Shown here piece after piece: positions 37,956 to 47,439 of a DNA stretch of 51,631 nucleotides. This DNA is from Pseudomonadota bacterium (lineage in GTDB: Bacteria; Bdellovibrionota; FAC87; UBA2466): assembly GCA_043767805.1 (NCBI GenBank), contig JAYUGC010000168.1, positions 1 through 51,631 on the forward strand, in the 5' to 3' direction. The translations under genes were made by a program, and so were the position numbers. How positions within the stretch are numbered: the stretch's first letter is position 1; each line of letters starts with the position of its first letter. Below the pieces are notes generated by a model. The model worked only from the letters and a program-made list of their open reading frames with translations. It searched no databases and had not been told where the DNA came from.

Positions 37956-39396
37956 CCACCTTTCCCACGATTGTTTTTGTGGGGGCATTTTCAAAAGTTT
38001 CTCCCGTTTCAATTAACCGGGCGATGTCGCGGAGCGCGGCCACTAGCCCATCCAGCTCTTTCAAGCTCTCGGTTTCCGTCGGCTCGATGAGCATGGCGCC
38101 GGAAACGATGAGAGGGAAATAAATGGTGGGCGGGTGATAGCCCCGGTCGATGAGTGCTTTGGCGATTTGCAAAGTTTTAACGCCGCGGCTTTTGGCGTAT
38201 TTCTGATCCGTCAGCACGCACTCGTGCATGCTCGGGCGCTCGACGGCCGTCGGGAACACGTCTTGAAGGCGCGCTCGCAGGTAATTGGCGTTGAGTACTG
38301 CCGCCTGCGAAACCCGCTTCAAGCCCGGCGCTCCGTGGTGGAGGATGTAAGCCAAGGCGCGCACGACGACGCCGAAATTGCCCATACCGCCCTTCACCTT
38401 ACCGATGCTTTGAGCGAGGTTCTCGACGACATATTTCCCTTCCACGTGCCGGATGCGCGGGTTGGGGAGAAAGGGCGCCAGATGCGCGCGCACGGCCACC
38501 GGGCCGGCGCCAGGACCACCGCCTCCGTGAGGCGTGGAAAAAGTTTTGTGTAAATTATAATGCTGAACGTCGACACCGAGGTCCCGCGCTTTGGCGGCTC
38601 CCATCACGGCGTTCATATTGGCGCCGTCCATGTAAACTTGCGCGCCGATGGCGTGGAGCTTTTCGGCAATCTCGGGAAGATTCGACTCGAAGAGGCCGAG
38701 AGTCGACGGGTTCGTCACCATCATGGCGGCGATGTCCCGGCCGTGCTTTTCGATGGCTTCTTCCACCGATTCCACCGTGGCGATGCCCGACGCGCCCGTT
38801 TTCAGCTGGACGACTTTGTAGCCGACCAAGGTACAGGTCGCGGGGTTCGTGCCGTGAGCGGAGTCCGGAATGAGAACCAGGCTTCTTTGGCTACCGAGGC
38901 TTTCATGGAACGCGCGGATGATCGCAAGCCCGGTGAACTCGCCGTGTGCGCCGGCGGCGGGCTGCACGGAACATTCGTCGAGCCCGGAAATCTCGCAAAG
39001 CGCGCGCTCGCAGCGGTACAAAATCTCGAGAGCGCCCTGGCAGATCTCTTCCGGCATTTCCGGATGGATGTGGGCCAGGCCGGCCAAGGCCGCGAGCTCT
39101 TCATTGATGCGCGGGTTGTACTTCATCGTGCACGACCCCAAGGGGAAGGTGCCGGTGTCGATGGAGTAGTTCCAGCTGGACAGCCGCGTGAAATGGCGAA
39201 CCGTATCGAGCTCGGACACTTCAGGAAGTTCCGCGGGCTTCGTGCGCTGACCTTCCGAGGGATGTTTCAAGGGCACTTCCAAGGGGGGCAGCTCGAAGCC
39301 GACTCGGCCTTTCGAAGAGCGATCGAAAATGGTGCCTTCGAGCATGGCAAGGCCGCGAGTGGCCTGGCTGACGGGTGCGTCGTGGTTCTCAGTCAC
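37900..39396 (-). CDS. gcvPB: glycine dehydrogenase subunit 2
   Basis: PLGSCTMKYNP, QPAAGAHGE, SAHGTNPA, NLHKTFSTPHGGGGPG, EPTETES. Confidence 0.97.
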   Translation of the reverse strand: MTENHDAPVSQATRGLAMLEGTIFDRSSKGRVGFELPPLEVPLKHPSEGQRTKPAELPEVSELDTVRHFTRLSSWNYSIDTGTFPLGSCTMKYNPRINEELAALAGLAHIHPEMPEEICQGALEILYRCERALCEISGLDECSVQPAAGAHGEFTGLAIIRAFHESLGSQRSLVLIPDSAHGTNPATCTLVGYKVVQLKTGASGIATVESVEEAIEKHGRDIAAMMVTNPSTLGLFESNLPEIAEKLHAIGAQVYMDGANMNAVMGAAKARDLGVDVQHYNLHKTFSTPHGGGGPGAGPVAVRAHLAPFLPNPRIRHVEGKYVVENLAQSIGKVKGGMGNFGVVVRALAYILHHGAPGLKRVSQAAVLNANYLRARLQDVFPTAVERPSMHECVLTDQKYAKSRGVKTLQIAKALIDRGYHPPTIYFPLIVSGAMLIEPTETESLKELDGLVAALRDIARLIETGETFENAPTKTIVGKVDEVGAARRPILTVDDRTG

Positions 39397-40774
39397 AGGA
39401 AATAACCTCCACGAGGCGGTCGATGTCTTGGCGCGTGAGCTTCGGGTGCGCGCAGATGAGAAGCGCGTTCGCGAGCTCGTTTGCGCCAGGCACTTCCGAG
39501 CGGAAGCGCTGTTCGAGACGAATGCCCGGCAAAATGCCTGAGTTCAAAGCCTTCTGAAAACGATGCTTCAAGTTCGGAATCTCGAAAACGCCTTCGCGGT
39601 AGTGATTGCCGCTGAATGTCCGGCGGATGCCGACCGCTTCGAGGGATTTCGATAGATAATCAAAGAGCGAATAGTTCGTCTCGCCGAGACTGATAAACCC
39701 AAGTTTCCCGAGAAAGCTCAGGTAAATCGTCGCGCGCAGCGCGATGAGCCCTTGGTTCGTGCAAATGTTGGAAGTCGCTCGCTCGCGGCGGATGTGTTGC
39801 TCGCGAGTGGAAAGCGTCAGGGTGTAAGCGCGCTGTCCATGGGCGTCCGTGGTCTCGCCGCAAAGCCGGCCTGGCATCTGGCGGATGTACTCTTTCTTCG
39901 TGGCGAAGAAGCCCAGATGCGGGCCGCCAAAGAGCATGGGAGTCCCAAACTGATGGGCTTCACCGACGACGATGTCTGCGCCCAATTTTCCCGGCGACTC
40001 AAAGAGAGACAGCGCGGACGGATCGGCGCAGCTCACGACGAGCAAAGTGCGGGGCGGAAGCGCGGCGCGGATCTTCGTGAGGTCTTCGACGACTCCGAAG
40101 TAGTTCGGATAGCCGACGACGAGGGCGATGGGAGACGTTTCCTTAGCGGCTTTGGCGAGGGCATCGAGATCGAGCGCGCCTTCTTTAGTCCAGCCGATTT
40201 CAGTCGCTTTGCCGGGCTGATGCCGAAGGAAAGTCTTCATGACTTCCTTTGTGTCCGGCGAAAGGCTCGCGGCCACGAGGTAATTCTTAGGTTCGCCGAT
40301 GGCGAGACGCTGGGCCATCAGAACGCCTTCGGCGGCGGCCGTTGGGCCGTCGTACATGGAAGCGTTCGCCACTTCCATGCCGGTGATTCGGCTCATCATC
40401 GTCTGAAATTCGAAAATGACCTGCAAAGTGCCTTGGCTGATTTCGGGCTGATAGGGCGTGTAGGTCGTCAGGAACTCGCCGCGCAAAGCCAGCTGATCGA
40501 CGATGGCTGGCACGATATTGTCGTAGATGCCGCCGCCCATGAAGTGGACGTCGCACTTCTGGTTTTTGACCGCCTGGCGGCCGAAGTACTTGCGGAGCTC
40601 GTGCTCGGTAAGCCCCTTGGTCCGGGACGGCGGGCTATCGGGAAGCTCGAGCTTGAACTCGGCTTTCTCCCGAATCTTCGGGGGAATGGTCGAAAATAGA
40701 TCGTCAAGGCTACTCAAGCCGATGACGGCGAGCATTTTCTTTTCTTCTTCGGCTGTGAGCGGGATGGAAGGCAC
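39389..40774 (-). CDS. gcvPA: glycine dehydrogenase subunit 1
   Basis: YTPYQPEISQG, NASMYDG, FGGPHLG, TREQHIRRERATSNICTNQ. Confidence 0.97.
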   Translation of the reverse strand: MPSIPLTAEEEKKMLAVIGLSSLDDLFSTIPPKIREKAEFKLELPDSPPSRTKGLTEHELRKYFGRQAVKNQKCDVHFMGGGIYDNIVPAIVDQLALRGEFLTTYTPYQPEISQGTLQVIFEFQTMMSRITGMEVANASMYDGPTAAAEGVLMAQRLAIGEPKNYLVAASLSPDTKEVMKTFLRHQPGKATEIGWTKEGALDLDALAKAAKETSPIALVVGYPNYFGVVEDLTKIRAALPPRTLLVVSCADPSALSLFESPGKLGADIVVGEAHQFGTPMLFGGPHLGFFATKKEYIRQMPGRLCGETTDAHGQRAYTLTLSTREQHIRRERATSNICTNQGLIALRATIYLSFLGKLGFISLGETNYSLFDYLSKSLEAVGIRRTFSGNHYREGVFEIPNLKHRFQKALNSGILPGIRLEQRFRSEVPGANELANALLICAHPKLTRQDIDRLVEVISCD

Positions 40775-41163
40775 TAGGCGCTTTCCTCGACATAAGCCTT
40801 GTAGGCTTTGTCGTTCATCAAATCTTCGATGTCCGAGCGATCCTTCACTTCGACTTTAATGAGCCAGCCGTCCGTATAAGGATCGTCGTTGATGAGCTCA
40901 GGGCTTTGGAGAAGCGGCTGATTCACTTCGACCACCCGGCCGGTGACCGGAGCGTACAAATCGCTGACGGCCTTTACCGACTCGACCACGCCGAAGGGGT
41001 CGTCCTTTTGGACTTGTTCGCCTTCTTTGGGAAGCTGGAGGTAGGTGATGTCGCCAAGAGACTCCTGAGCGAAATCAGAGATACCGATGGTGGCGATGCT
41101 ATCGTCATCCAGGTAAACCCACTCGTGCTCGTTCGTGTAGTGCAGTCCCTCGGGGATCTTCAT
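40774..41163 (-). CDS. gcvH: glycine cleavage system H protein
   Basis: YTNEHEW, VESVKAVSD (lipoyl lysine), INDDPY.GW. Confidence 0.97.
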   Translation of the reverse strand: MKIPEGLHYTNEHEWVYLDDDSIATIGISDFAQESLGDITYLQLPKEGEQVQKDDPFGVVESVKAVSDLYAPVTGRVVEVNQPLLQSPELINDDPYTDGWLIKVEVKDRSDIEDLMNDKAYKAYVEESA

Positions 41164-41227
41164 TGGAGCCTCTCCTCATTTCGGGGGACCCCCATGGGCG
41201 AGATCCTGCCGCGATTGATAGGGCAAT

Positions 41228-41255
41228 ACCATAGAATTTATAGAGGGTTAGTCAA
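41228..41255 (-). promoter_or_regulatory. putative sigma70 promoter for gcvH-PA-PB
   Basis: Minus strand TTGACT-N16-TATGGT in an AT-rich patch. Confidence 0.45.
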
Positions 41256-41284
41256 TCCTAAAGTGAGTCTGGCAACGCTCCGGG

Positions 41285-42841
41285 TTATCTCGTTTTTTCA
41301 TCGAGCCATTCGAGTAAGGACTGGCCTTCACTCGTCTTGCTGAAGCCGGTATCGTTCTTCGGCATGGCTTTCACGCCGGATTTGCGCATGGCGGTCGCCA
41401 TCTTCTTCAGTACCGGCTTTTTTTCCAAGTCGGCCGGGATGAAAAGGAACGCGGCCGTCTGGCTACCGCCCGGGGCATGGCATTTCGAGCACTTCTTCTC
41501 GAGAAGGCCTTTGGCGGCGTCATCCACGAGCTTTCCCGCCGCGGGCTTTGGATTGGGATACGGCTCGGTGTTGGATATTTTTGGCGCGGGAAGGGAGGTC
41601 GGCCTTTCTACCGCCTTTTTGGCAAGCTCACTGGGCAGCCCTTGCCCCGCCGGGATTTCGGAAAGGGTCGGTTCTCCGCTGGGGCCCGCGGAAGCAAACA
41701 CCTTGCGACTCCCCTCACTGGGCGCGGAAGCGAGGGAGGTCTGCTGCAAGCGGCCCCGGGTCTTCGGATCGAAGCTCGTGCCGTCCCCGTGATCCAGGCC
41801 TTGGCTCTGGTCGAAAGCTTCGAGCGCCGCCCGGATATTGTCGTTGGCGCTCTGGTTACCTAAAAAGAGAGACTGGCCCTTGGCATCGGACGCTAGGGCG
41901 GCGTTGTCCGGATCCAAATCGAGAAAGAGATTTCCCGCCGAGTCCTTGCGCCCGATGATTTTCGCGAGATCCACGGCGAGCCCGTCCTCGCCGTTCTTCA
42001 GCTTCGCGCTGATGAAGTCGAGAACCGCGTCTTTTCCGAACTGTTTTACCAGCTGGGCGCGGGATCCTTCGTCTCCCGATAACGCATTGGATAGGAGCTG
42101 GTCGAAATCGCGGTTTCGGTTCAAGACGCCGTCATAGGCGGCCTTGAAGTCTTTTTTGAAATCGTTATCGGCGAGCCCGCCCACGGACACGTTCGCGGCT
42201 TCGGCGATCTTTTCGAATATCGCGAGATCGAGGCCTTCCGTCTTGGCGTTGGTCGCGGCATTCCATAATTTTTCCCGTTGAGCGCGGTTGAGAGGTCCCA
42301 TGTGCCGGGCAAGGACTTTGGCGAGCTTTTTGGGATCGCCTCCCGTCCGCTTGAGCTCATCGGCGAGATCGAGCGCGCGCTCAGGCCGGATGAAGAAATG
42401 GTCGGCGAGAAACTGCAGGGTCGGGTTTTGGAGCCGCCGCTCGATTTCCTTGGCCGCGGCCTCTCGCGAGGAATCGCCTCCCGCTTTTTTGAGCATTTCC
42501 TTGAGAACCTTCGCGTCCCCCTGGCGGGCTTTGTCGGCCAATTGAAAGAGTGCCTTGCGCTTCTCGTCGGCGATTTCCTGGGAAAACGTCGCGGCCTCCA
42601 CCGGGGACACCCTATCCATAAGATCCTCGACGGACTTCCACCAGGCGGGCGCGCCGGCGTTTTGCCCTTCGCGCACCGCGCTCTTTAACTGATCGAGGGA
42701 AAGGGGAGAGGCTTCACCCGTGCGGCGCACGATGGGACCGGGACCTGAAGACGAGTTGTGATCGGCAGTCTCCGCGAATACGGCTAAGGAAGGAAGGATC
42801 AGAATGGAAAAAAGACACAGGGGAAACTTCGAATACCGCAT
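41285..42841 (-). CDS. exported protein with a C-terminal c-type heme domain
   Basis: Signal peptide; CSKCH followed by KAMP; paralog of 43068-44369. Confidence 0.75.
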   Translation of the reverse strand: MRYSKFPLCLFSILILPSLAVFAETADHNSSSGPGPIVRRTGEASPLSLDQLKSAVREGQNAGAPAWWKSVEDLMDRVSPVEAATFSQEIADEKRKALFQLADKARQGDAKVLKEMLKKAGGDSSREAAAKEIERRLQNPTLQFLADHFFIRPERALDLADELKRTGGDPKKLAKVLARHMGPLNRAQREKLWNAATNAKTEGLDLAIFEKIAEAANVSVGGLADNDFKKDFKAAYDGVLNRNRDFDQLLSNALSGDEGSRAQLVKQFGKDAVLDFISAKLKNGEDGLAVDLAKIIGRKDSAGNLFLDLDPDNAALASDAKGQSLFLGNQSANDNIRAALEAFDQSQGLDHGDGTSFDPKTRGRLQQTSLASAPSEGSRKVFASAGPSGEPTLSEIPAGQGLPSELAKKAVERPTSLPAPKISNTEPYPNPKPAAGKLVDDAAKGLLEKKCSKCHAPGGSQTAAFLFIPADLEKKPVLKKMATAMRKSGVKAMPKNDTGFSKTSEGQSLLEWLDEKTR

Positions 42842-42899
42842 GCGCTACCTCAACTACGGTCCACTTCAGCTGCAACGACTCGCTATGAGCCCTAAAGAT

Positions 42900-42915
42900 T
42901 GCAACTGGGGTGCCG
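42900..42915 (-). promoter_or_regulatory. putative sigma54 promoter
   Basis: Minus strand CGGCAC-CCCAG-TTGCA. Confidence 0.65.
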
Positions 42916-43067
42916 AGTTTTGGCCTTGCTGTAACGGGCGGATACACGACGTGTGGGACGAGGTTTTGGTCAGGGGAACAAAGACAGAAAGTCTTCGTGG
43001 CGCCCGTGCGGATGAAACGCGCGGCGCACCGAGGCCCAAGTGAAGTAAGGCGAATCTCCTGACTGCT

Positions 43068-44369
43068 TTACTTCACGAACGCTTGAAGGCTGGAGCGGAC
43101 GGCATCGGAGACCGCTCCCCGCATGGCCGGTACTCGCTTGGTGGCCGCGATGGCGTCCGCCACGGAGTACTCTTTGCTGCCCTTCTTAATCTTGCCGTCG
43201 CCGACGACTTCGGGGTCGCCCAAGTTATGGCAGCCCGTGCAATTGGCGGAAATGACGTCCTTCAGGGCCTTGGCGTCTCCCTCACCGGATTTAGCCGGCG
43301 GATTCGTGCCTTTCGCGGGCGGTGTCGCCGGGTCGGCGGAAGGCTTCGCGGATTTCTCGGGGGCTTTCGCTTGAGTTTCCGTTTGCGTGTTCGCGACTCG
43401 GGTGGACTTCGTCTGAGCGGCCGGGCGCTGCCTGGCGACCCGCGGCTTGGAAGCCGAGCTTGCGAGCTTACCGCCCGTATCTACGCTGAAAGTTCTATCG
43501 GGGATCGAAAACGCTTTGCCCGACAAAGTGGTGGTGTGGAGACCGCCACGCGCGTCGCTAAACGCGTTCAACGCTTGCTCCATGGACTCGCGGGTGAGAC
43601 CGAGGTTCAGGCGCTGGTTCTCTTTGCCAACTTTCAAATCCAAAAACTTTTGTTTGCCGTTTTGTCCGCCGAAAGAGACGGCATCGATGATGTCGTTGGC
43701 GAGCTTGACGTTGCCGGCCTTTCTCTGGGCTTCGACGAACGCCATCAGCATCTTGCGATTGAGTCTGCCGCGCAAAGCTTCCTTCGCTTTGTTATTGCCG
43801 GCGAGGGCGTCTTTTACCTTTTCCTTCATGTCGGCAATCCGATCCTGCCGGCCCTTGAAAGCGGTTCCGAAGGCTTCGTTATATTTCTCGGAGCCTTCCA
43901 CCTGAGCGGGGTTTCCGTCTAAAATTTTGCCGGCCCAGAAGAGCCGATCGAGCAGCGCCATGGCGCGCGCGTCGGGCGGCGTGTTGGCGAGCTCCGCGTT
44001 TCTGGCCTTTTCGACGAGACCGAGAGCGAGGTCCGCTTGCGGGCGATCCAAAGTGCCGTACAAATCGGCGAGTAGGCGCGCCATGGGAGCTTCGTCGCCG
44101 GCTTTGGCGGCGTCGACTCCTTTGGGAATGCTGAGCTCGGGGTGTTTGCCGCCGTAGAGATCCGCCACCGTGTCTTTCGGGATGCGGAACATCGAGGAGA
44201 GAAGCGAGACCTCTTCAGGCTTCAAAGTCGTAGGATCTTGTTTTGGCCGCTCGACGCCCGCTTCATCTGCCTTTGGTGCCGTTACTTTGGGGTCGGTGGA
44301 TTCGGCGTGGGGCTCAGCTAGGGCGACCGCCGTCAGTACTATGAAGAAAAATAAGTAATGCCGTTTCAT
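43068..44369 (-). CDS. exported protein with a C-terminal c-type heme domain
   Basis: GGAG RBS, signal peptide MKRHYLFFFIVLTAVALA, CTGCH followed by PAMR. Confidence 0.75.
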   Translation of the reverse strand: MKRHYLFFFIVLTAVALAEPHAESTDPKVTAPKADEAGVERPKQDPTTLKPEEVSLLSSMFRIPKDTVADLYGGKHPELSIPKGVDAAKAGDEAPMARLLADLYGTLDRPQADLALGLVEKARNAELANTPPDARAMALLDRLFWAGKILDGNPAQVEGSEKYNEAFGTAFKGRQDRIADMKEKVKDALAGNNKAKEALRGRLNRKMLMAFVEAQRKAGNVKLANDIIDAVSFGGQNGKQKFLDLKVGKENQRLNLGLTRESMEQALNAFSDARGGLHTTTLSGKAFSIPDRTFSVDTGGKLASSASKPRVARQRPAAQTKSTRVANTQTETQAKAPEKSAKPSADPATPPAKGTNPPAKSGEGDAKALKDVISANCTGCHNLGDPEVVGDGKIKKGSKEYSVADAIAATKRVPAMRGAVSDAVRSSLQAFVK

Positions 44370-44428
44370 CGCATTTCTCCGCGCTTGGCCCACATCTATT
44401 TCGCCTGGAACTCCCACTCACACGTAAG

Positions 44429-44444
44429 TGCAACGAGGGTGCCA
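44429..44444 (-). promoter_or_regulatory. putative sigma54 promoter
   Basis: Minus strand TGGCAC-CCTCG-TTGCA, consensus match. Confidence 0.75.
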
Positions 44445-44643
44445 GAGAGGTAGAGCCTTGGGATGGGACGAGGTGACGATTTGCGCCGCTCTTATAATAG
44501 CCGAAAGAGAATACGGCGGGAAATGGCTTCGCGCATTTGCGCTGGGTACGCTGCCCTGAGACCAAACGGCATACGCGGGCTCGTCGTTGATATCACGATC
44601 TAATTCGCGAATCGTTTGGGTCCGGCTCAGCTGACCAAAGCCC

Positions 44644-45771
44644 CTACACCGTTTTCGGCGTTTTCTTCGTATGGGACGGCACGAACGGAAGCTTTACGAC
44701 GCGGGCCGGGATTAGGTCTTCGCGCACTTCCACGAAAAGCTTGTCGGACGCCGCCCACTTCTTGCCGACAAAACCGAGTGCGATCGGCTGATTCAAGTGA
44801 GGACTGAGCGAGCCGCTGGTGATTTCTCCCACCGGTGTCTTGTCTTCGAGACAGATACGGTAGCCGGCGCGCGGAATACGGCGATCGTCCACGAGAAAGG
44901 CTTTCAATTGTTTTTCGGGACCCGCGGCGGCTTCCGCTTGCAGAGCCTTTTGTCCCACGTAAGGCACCGGCTTATCGAGCTTCACCACCCAGGTTTGTCC
45001 GGAGGCGAGGGGCGTTAGCTCCGGAGAGAGCTCGTGCCCGTGGAGCGGATACCCCATCTCGAGGCGAAGCGTGTCGCGGGCGCCTAGCCCGATGGGCTGA
45101 AGGCCTTCCGCTCGTCCCAGCTCCAGAAGTCGATCCCAGACCACCGCGGCTTCGGAGGCCGGCAGATAGAGCTCGAAACCATCTTCGCCCGTATAGCCCG
45201 TGCGGGAGAGATAGCAGGGGCGATCGAAAACGGTGGTTTCCACGGCCCAATAATATTTGAGGTTCTTCACTTTATCCGGCGGCGAAAGCCGGCAGAGAAT
45301 CGCTTCCGCTTTGGGGCCTTGGAGCGCGAGCAGTGCCGTATCGTCGGAGAGATCCTTGAACTCGACGCCGCCACCCAGGCGGCTACGGATCCACGTCACG
45401 TCTTCCTTGCGGTTTCCGGCGTTCACGCAGATGAAAACTTCGTCGGGGGAGCGGCGGTAGACGACGAGATCGTCGATGACGCCGCCGCGCTCGTTGCAAA
45501 GCATGTTGTACTGAGCCTGCCCGAGGGCCAATTTCTCGACGTTATTGGTGACGAGCTTATTGACCTCGGAAAGCGCGTTCGTCCCGCGGACGCTCACTTG
45601 ACCCATGTGGGAGACGTCGAAGAGGCCCGCGGCTTTCCGCACGGCTTTGATTTCCTCGATGACGCCCGTGTACTGCACGGGCATCTCGTAACCCGCGAAG
45701 GGCACCATGCGGGCGCCCAGCTGAAGGTGGCAGCGGTGAAGCGGAGTTCTATTTAGCGTTTCGTTTTTCAT
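44644..45771 (-). CDS. gcvT: glycine cleavage aminomethyltransferase
   Basis: GLFDVSHMG, SRTGYTGEDGFE, GLGARDTLRLE. Confidence 0.97.
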   Translation of the reverse strand: MKNETLNRTPLHRCHLQLGARMVPFAGYEMPVQYTGVIEEIKAVRKAAGLFDVSHMGQVSVRGTNALSEVNKLVTNNVEKLALGQAQYNMLCNERGGVIDDLVVYRRSPDEVFICVNAGNRKEDVTWIRSRLGGGVEFKDLSDDTALLALQGPKAEAILCRLSPPDKVKNLKYYWAVETTVFDRPCYLSRTGYTGEDGFELYLPASEAAVVWDRLLELGRAEGLQPIGLGARDTLRLEMGYPLHGHELSPELTPLASGQTWVVKLDKPVPYVGQKALQAEAAAGPEKQLKAFLVDDRRIPRAGYRICLEDKTPVGEITSGSLSPHLNQPIALGFVGKKWAASDKLFVEVREDLIPARVVKLPFVPSHTKKTPKTV

Positions 45772-46633
45772 GGTACGCGTCCCAAATTTTAGGTAGCAGT
45801 TCTTCGGTCCGAATGGTCATCAAGTGAAAGCCATCGCAAACGTCTTCGAGGGCGAGCATGGTCCGCACCGCGAAGTCGATGCCGTGTTGCTCGGCGTTAG
45901 GCGCCGACTCGAAACCCGCGAGCACGGAATCGGGAATGCGGATGCCCGGAATGTTGTCGTGGATGTAGCGGGCCACTTCCGCCGAGTGCAGAAGTAAAAT
46001 CCCGGCGAGCACCTTCGTCTGGAAACGCGCCTTCGCGTCGGCGATGAAGGCGCGGAAATCCTCGATATCGTAATTGGCTTGGGTCTGAAAGAACTGGGCG
46101 CCCGCCGCGATCTTTTTTTCCATGCGGGCGATTTGCCCCGCGCTCGCTTGGCTGGGATTGACGACCGCGCCGACCAAAAACTTGGTCTTCTTGTTCATCT
46201 TCTCGCCGTTCCAGTCAGTGCCGCCTTGCAGCTTTCGGACGATCTCGAGCTCGCGCACGGACTCCACTTCGAAGACGGGTTTGGCTTGCGGGCAGTCGCC
46301 CGCTTTCACCGGATCGCCGGTGAGGCAAAGCACGTTGGGAATGCCGAGAGCGCCCGCGCCCATCAGATCGCTTTGGAGCGCGATGCTGTTGCGATCGCGG
46401 CAGGTGAGCTGGAGGACCGGCTCGTGGCCCGCGTCGAGCAGCACCTTGCACGCGGCAAGGCTCGACATCTTCACCAGCGCGCGCTGGCAATCGGTGATGT
46501 TGATGGCATCGACCTTGGGGCCGATGAGGGCGGCGTGCTCGAGCAGTCGCTTGATACCGGGCCCCTTGGGGGGCGCGATCTCGGCGGTGATGACCTTCTG
46601 GCCCGAGGCAAGCTTATCCGCGAGTTTTCCCAT
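45749..46633 (-). CDS. metF: methylenetetrahydrofolate reductase
   Basis: TAEIAPPKG, INITD, LTCRDRN..ALQSDL.GA, LTGD, KIAAGAQFFQTQ. Confidence 0.9.
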   Translation of the reverse strand: MGKLADKLASGQKVITAEIAPPKGPGIKRLLEHAALIGPKVDAINITDCQRALVKMSSLAACKVLLDAGHEPVLQLTCRDRNSIALQSDLMGAGALGIPNVLCLTGDPVKAGDCPQAKPVFEVESVRELEIVRKLQGGTDWNGEKMNKKTKFLVGAVVNPSQASAGQIARMEKKIAAGAQFFQTQANYDIEDFRAFIADAKARFQTKVLAGILLLHSAEVARYIHDNIPGIRIPDSVLAGFESAPNAEQHGIDFAVRTMLALEDVCDGFHLMTIRTEELLPKIWDAYHEKRNAK

Positions 46634-46672
46634 GGAGCGGAGGGTAGCGCACTCCCCGCTAGTTGGAAACTA

Positions 46673-46864
46673 GAGCCTACGCGGGACAATAAATCCGAGT
46701 AAAAATGTGTCAGACGGGTTTCCACGACGGCGCACGGAGAGTTTTGAAGCCAAGTCGTGCTCATTGCACGGGGAGGTTTCAAAAATCGAGTACGTCGTCG
46801 TGGAAGCCCGGCTGGCGCAAGTCCGCGACGGTTTTCACCCGGATTTATTGTCCCGCGTAGGCTT
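46673..46864. mobile_element. 192-bp fold-back MITE-like element with a 6-bp target duplication
   Basis: Perfect 24-bp inverted repeat (46674-46697 / 46840-46863), extendable to 32 bp with 2 mismatches; AAACTA direct repeats at 46667-46672 and 46865-46870. Confidence 0.75.
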
Positions 46865-46867
46865 AAA

Positions 46868-47284
46868 CTAAGCCGCGGCTTCTTTTTTCTTTTCTTCTTT
46901 CGCGACTGCTGCGGCCGGGGCGACTTTCGCGACGACTTGGCCCTTCACGTAATAATTCGTGTAGTGCTCTTCGCAGTAGCCGAAGCGGTTGGCCGCTTTC
47001 GGCTTCGCGCAGCTCGTGTCGCTACATTGTTTGTAACGGCCATTGCCGTACTCGTTGTGGCGCCAGAGGGCGTAGTGGTGGGCGCAGTAACCTTTGGCCC
47101 GGTAGGTGCGTTTGCACTTGGCCGCGCGGCAAGGAGGCTTGGCGGCCCGTTTCGTGGCTCGTTTGCTCGTTGCTTTGCCCGAGGTAGCCAGGCGAACGGT
47201 GTTGTCAGCGGGCTTCTTCGCGGCTTTGGCCTTCTTCACCGTCGTCGTCGTTTTCTTGGCTTTCTCGGTCGGTTTCGTCGCCAT
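46868..47284 (-). CDS. basic Lys/Ala-rich protein with two Cys/His zinc-finger-like repeats (VegA-like)
   Basis: GGAGG RBS; histone-like N-terminus; C-x4-C...GYC-x2-H occurs twice. Confidence 0.75.
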   Translation of the reverse strand: MATKPTEKAKKTTTTVKKAKAAKKPADNTVRLATSGKATSKRATKRAAKPPCRAAKCKRTYRAKGYCAHHYALWRHNEYGNGRYKQCSDTSCAKPKAANRFGYCEEHYTNYYVKGQVVAKVAPAAAVAKEEKKKEAAA

Positions 47285-47439
47285 GTATCCTCCGGGCGTT
47301 TCAAAAATTTTGCGCGCAAACCCTTTTGGGTTCTTGCCTAGGTTTTATCGGGCGTTTTGCGCGGTGACTTGAAGCCGAAGACCGGAGGTGCCTTGGCGCG
47401 GAGCGTAACGTGAAGAGAACCGAATAAAGTGAAAGATCC

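Noticed and set aside
37890..37960. Possible gcvPB-ArnT fusion by a one-base frameshift (…PIL-QW-TTG…)
   Set aside because: An in-frame ATG at 37955 with a purine-rich upstream sequence explains it as a simple overlap, and there is no slippery site.
46673..46864. 6S RNA interpretation of the ~190-nt rod
   Set aside because: It has no clear two-sided central bubble, its wobble pairs do not favour one strand throughout, and the 6-bp flanking duplication points to an insertion. Not fully excluded without an Rfam scan.
41164..46867. Glycine or SAM riboswitch upstream of the gcv genes or metF
   Set aside because: No recognisable aptamer motifs in the intergenic segments.
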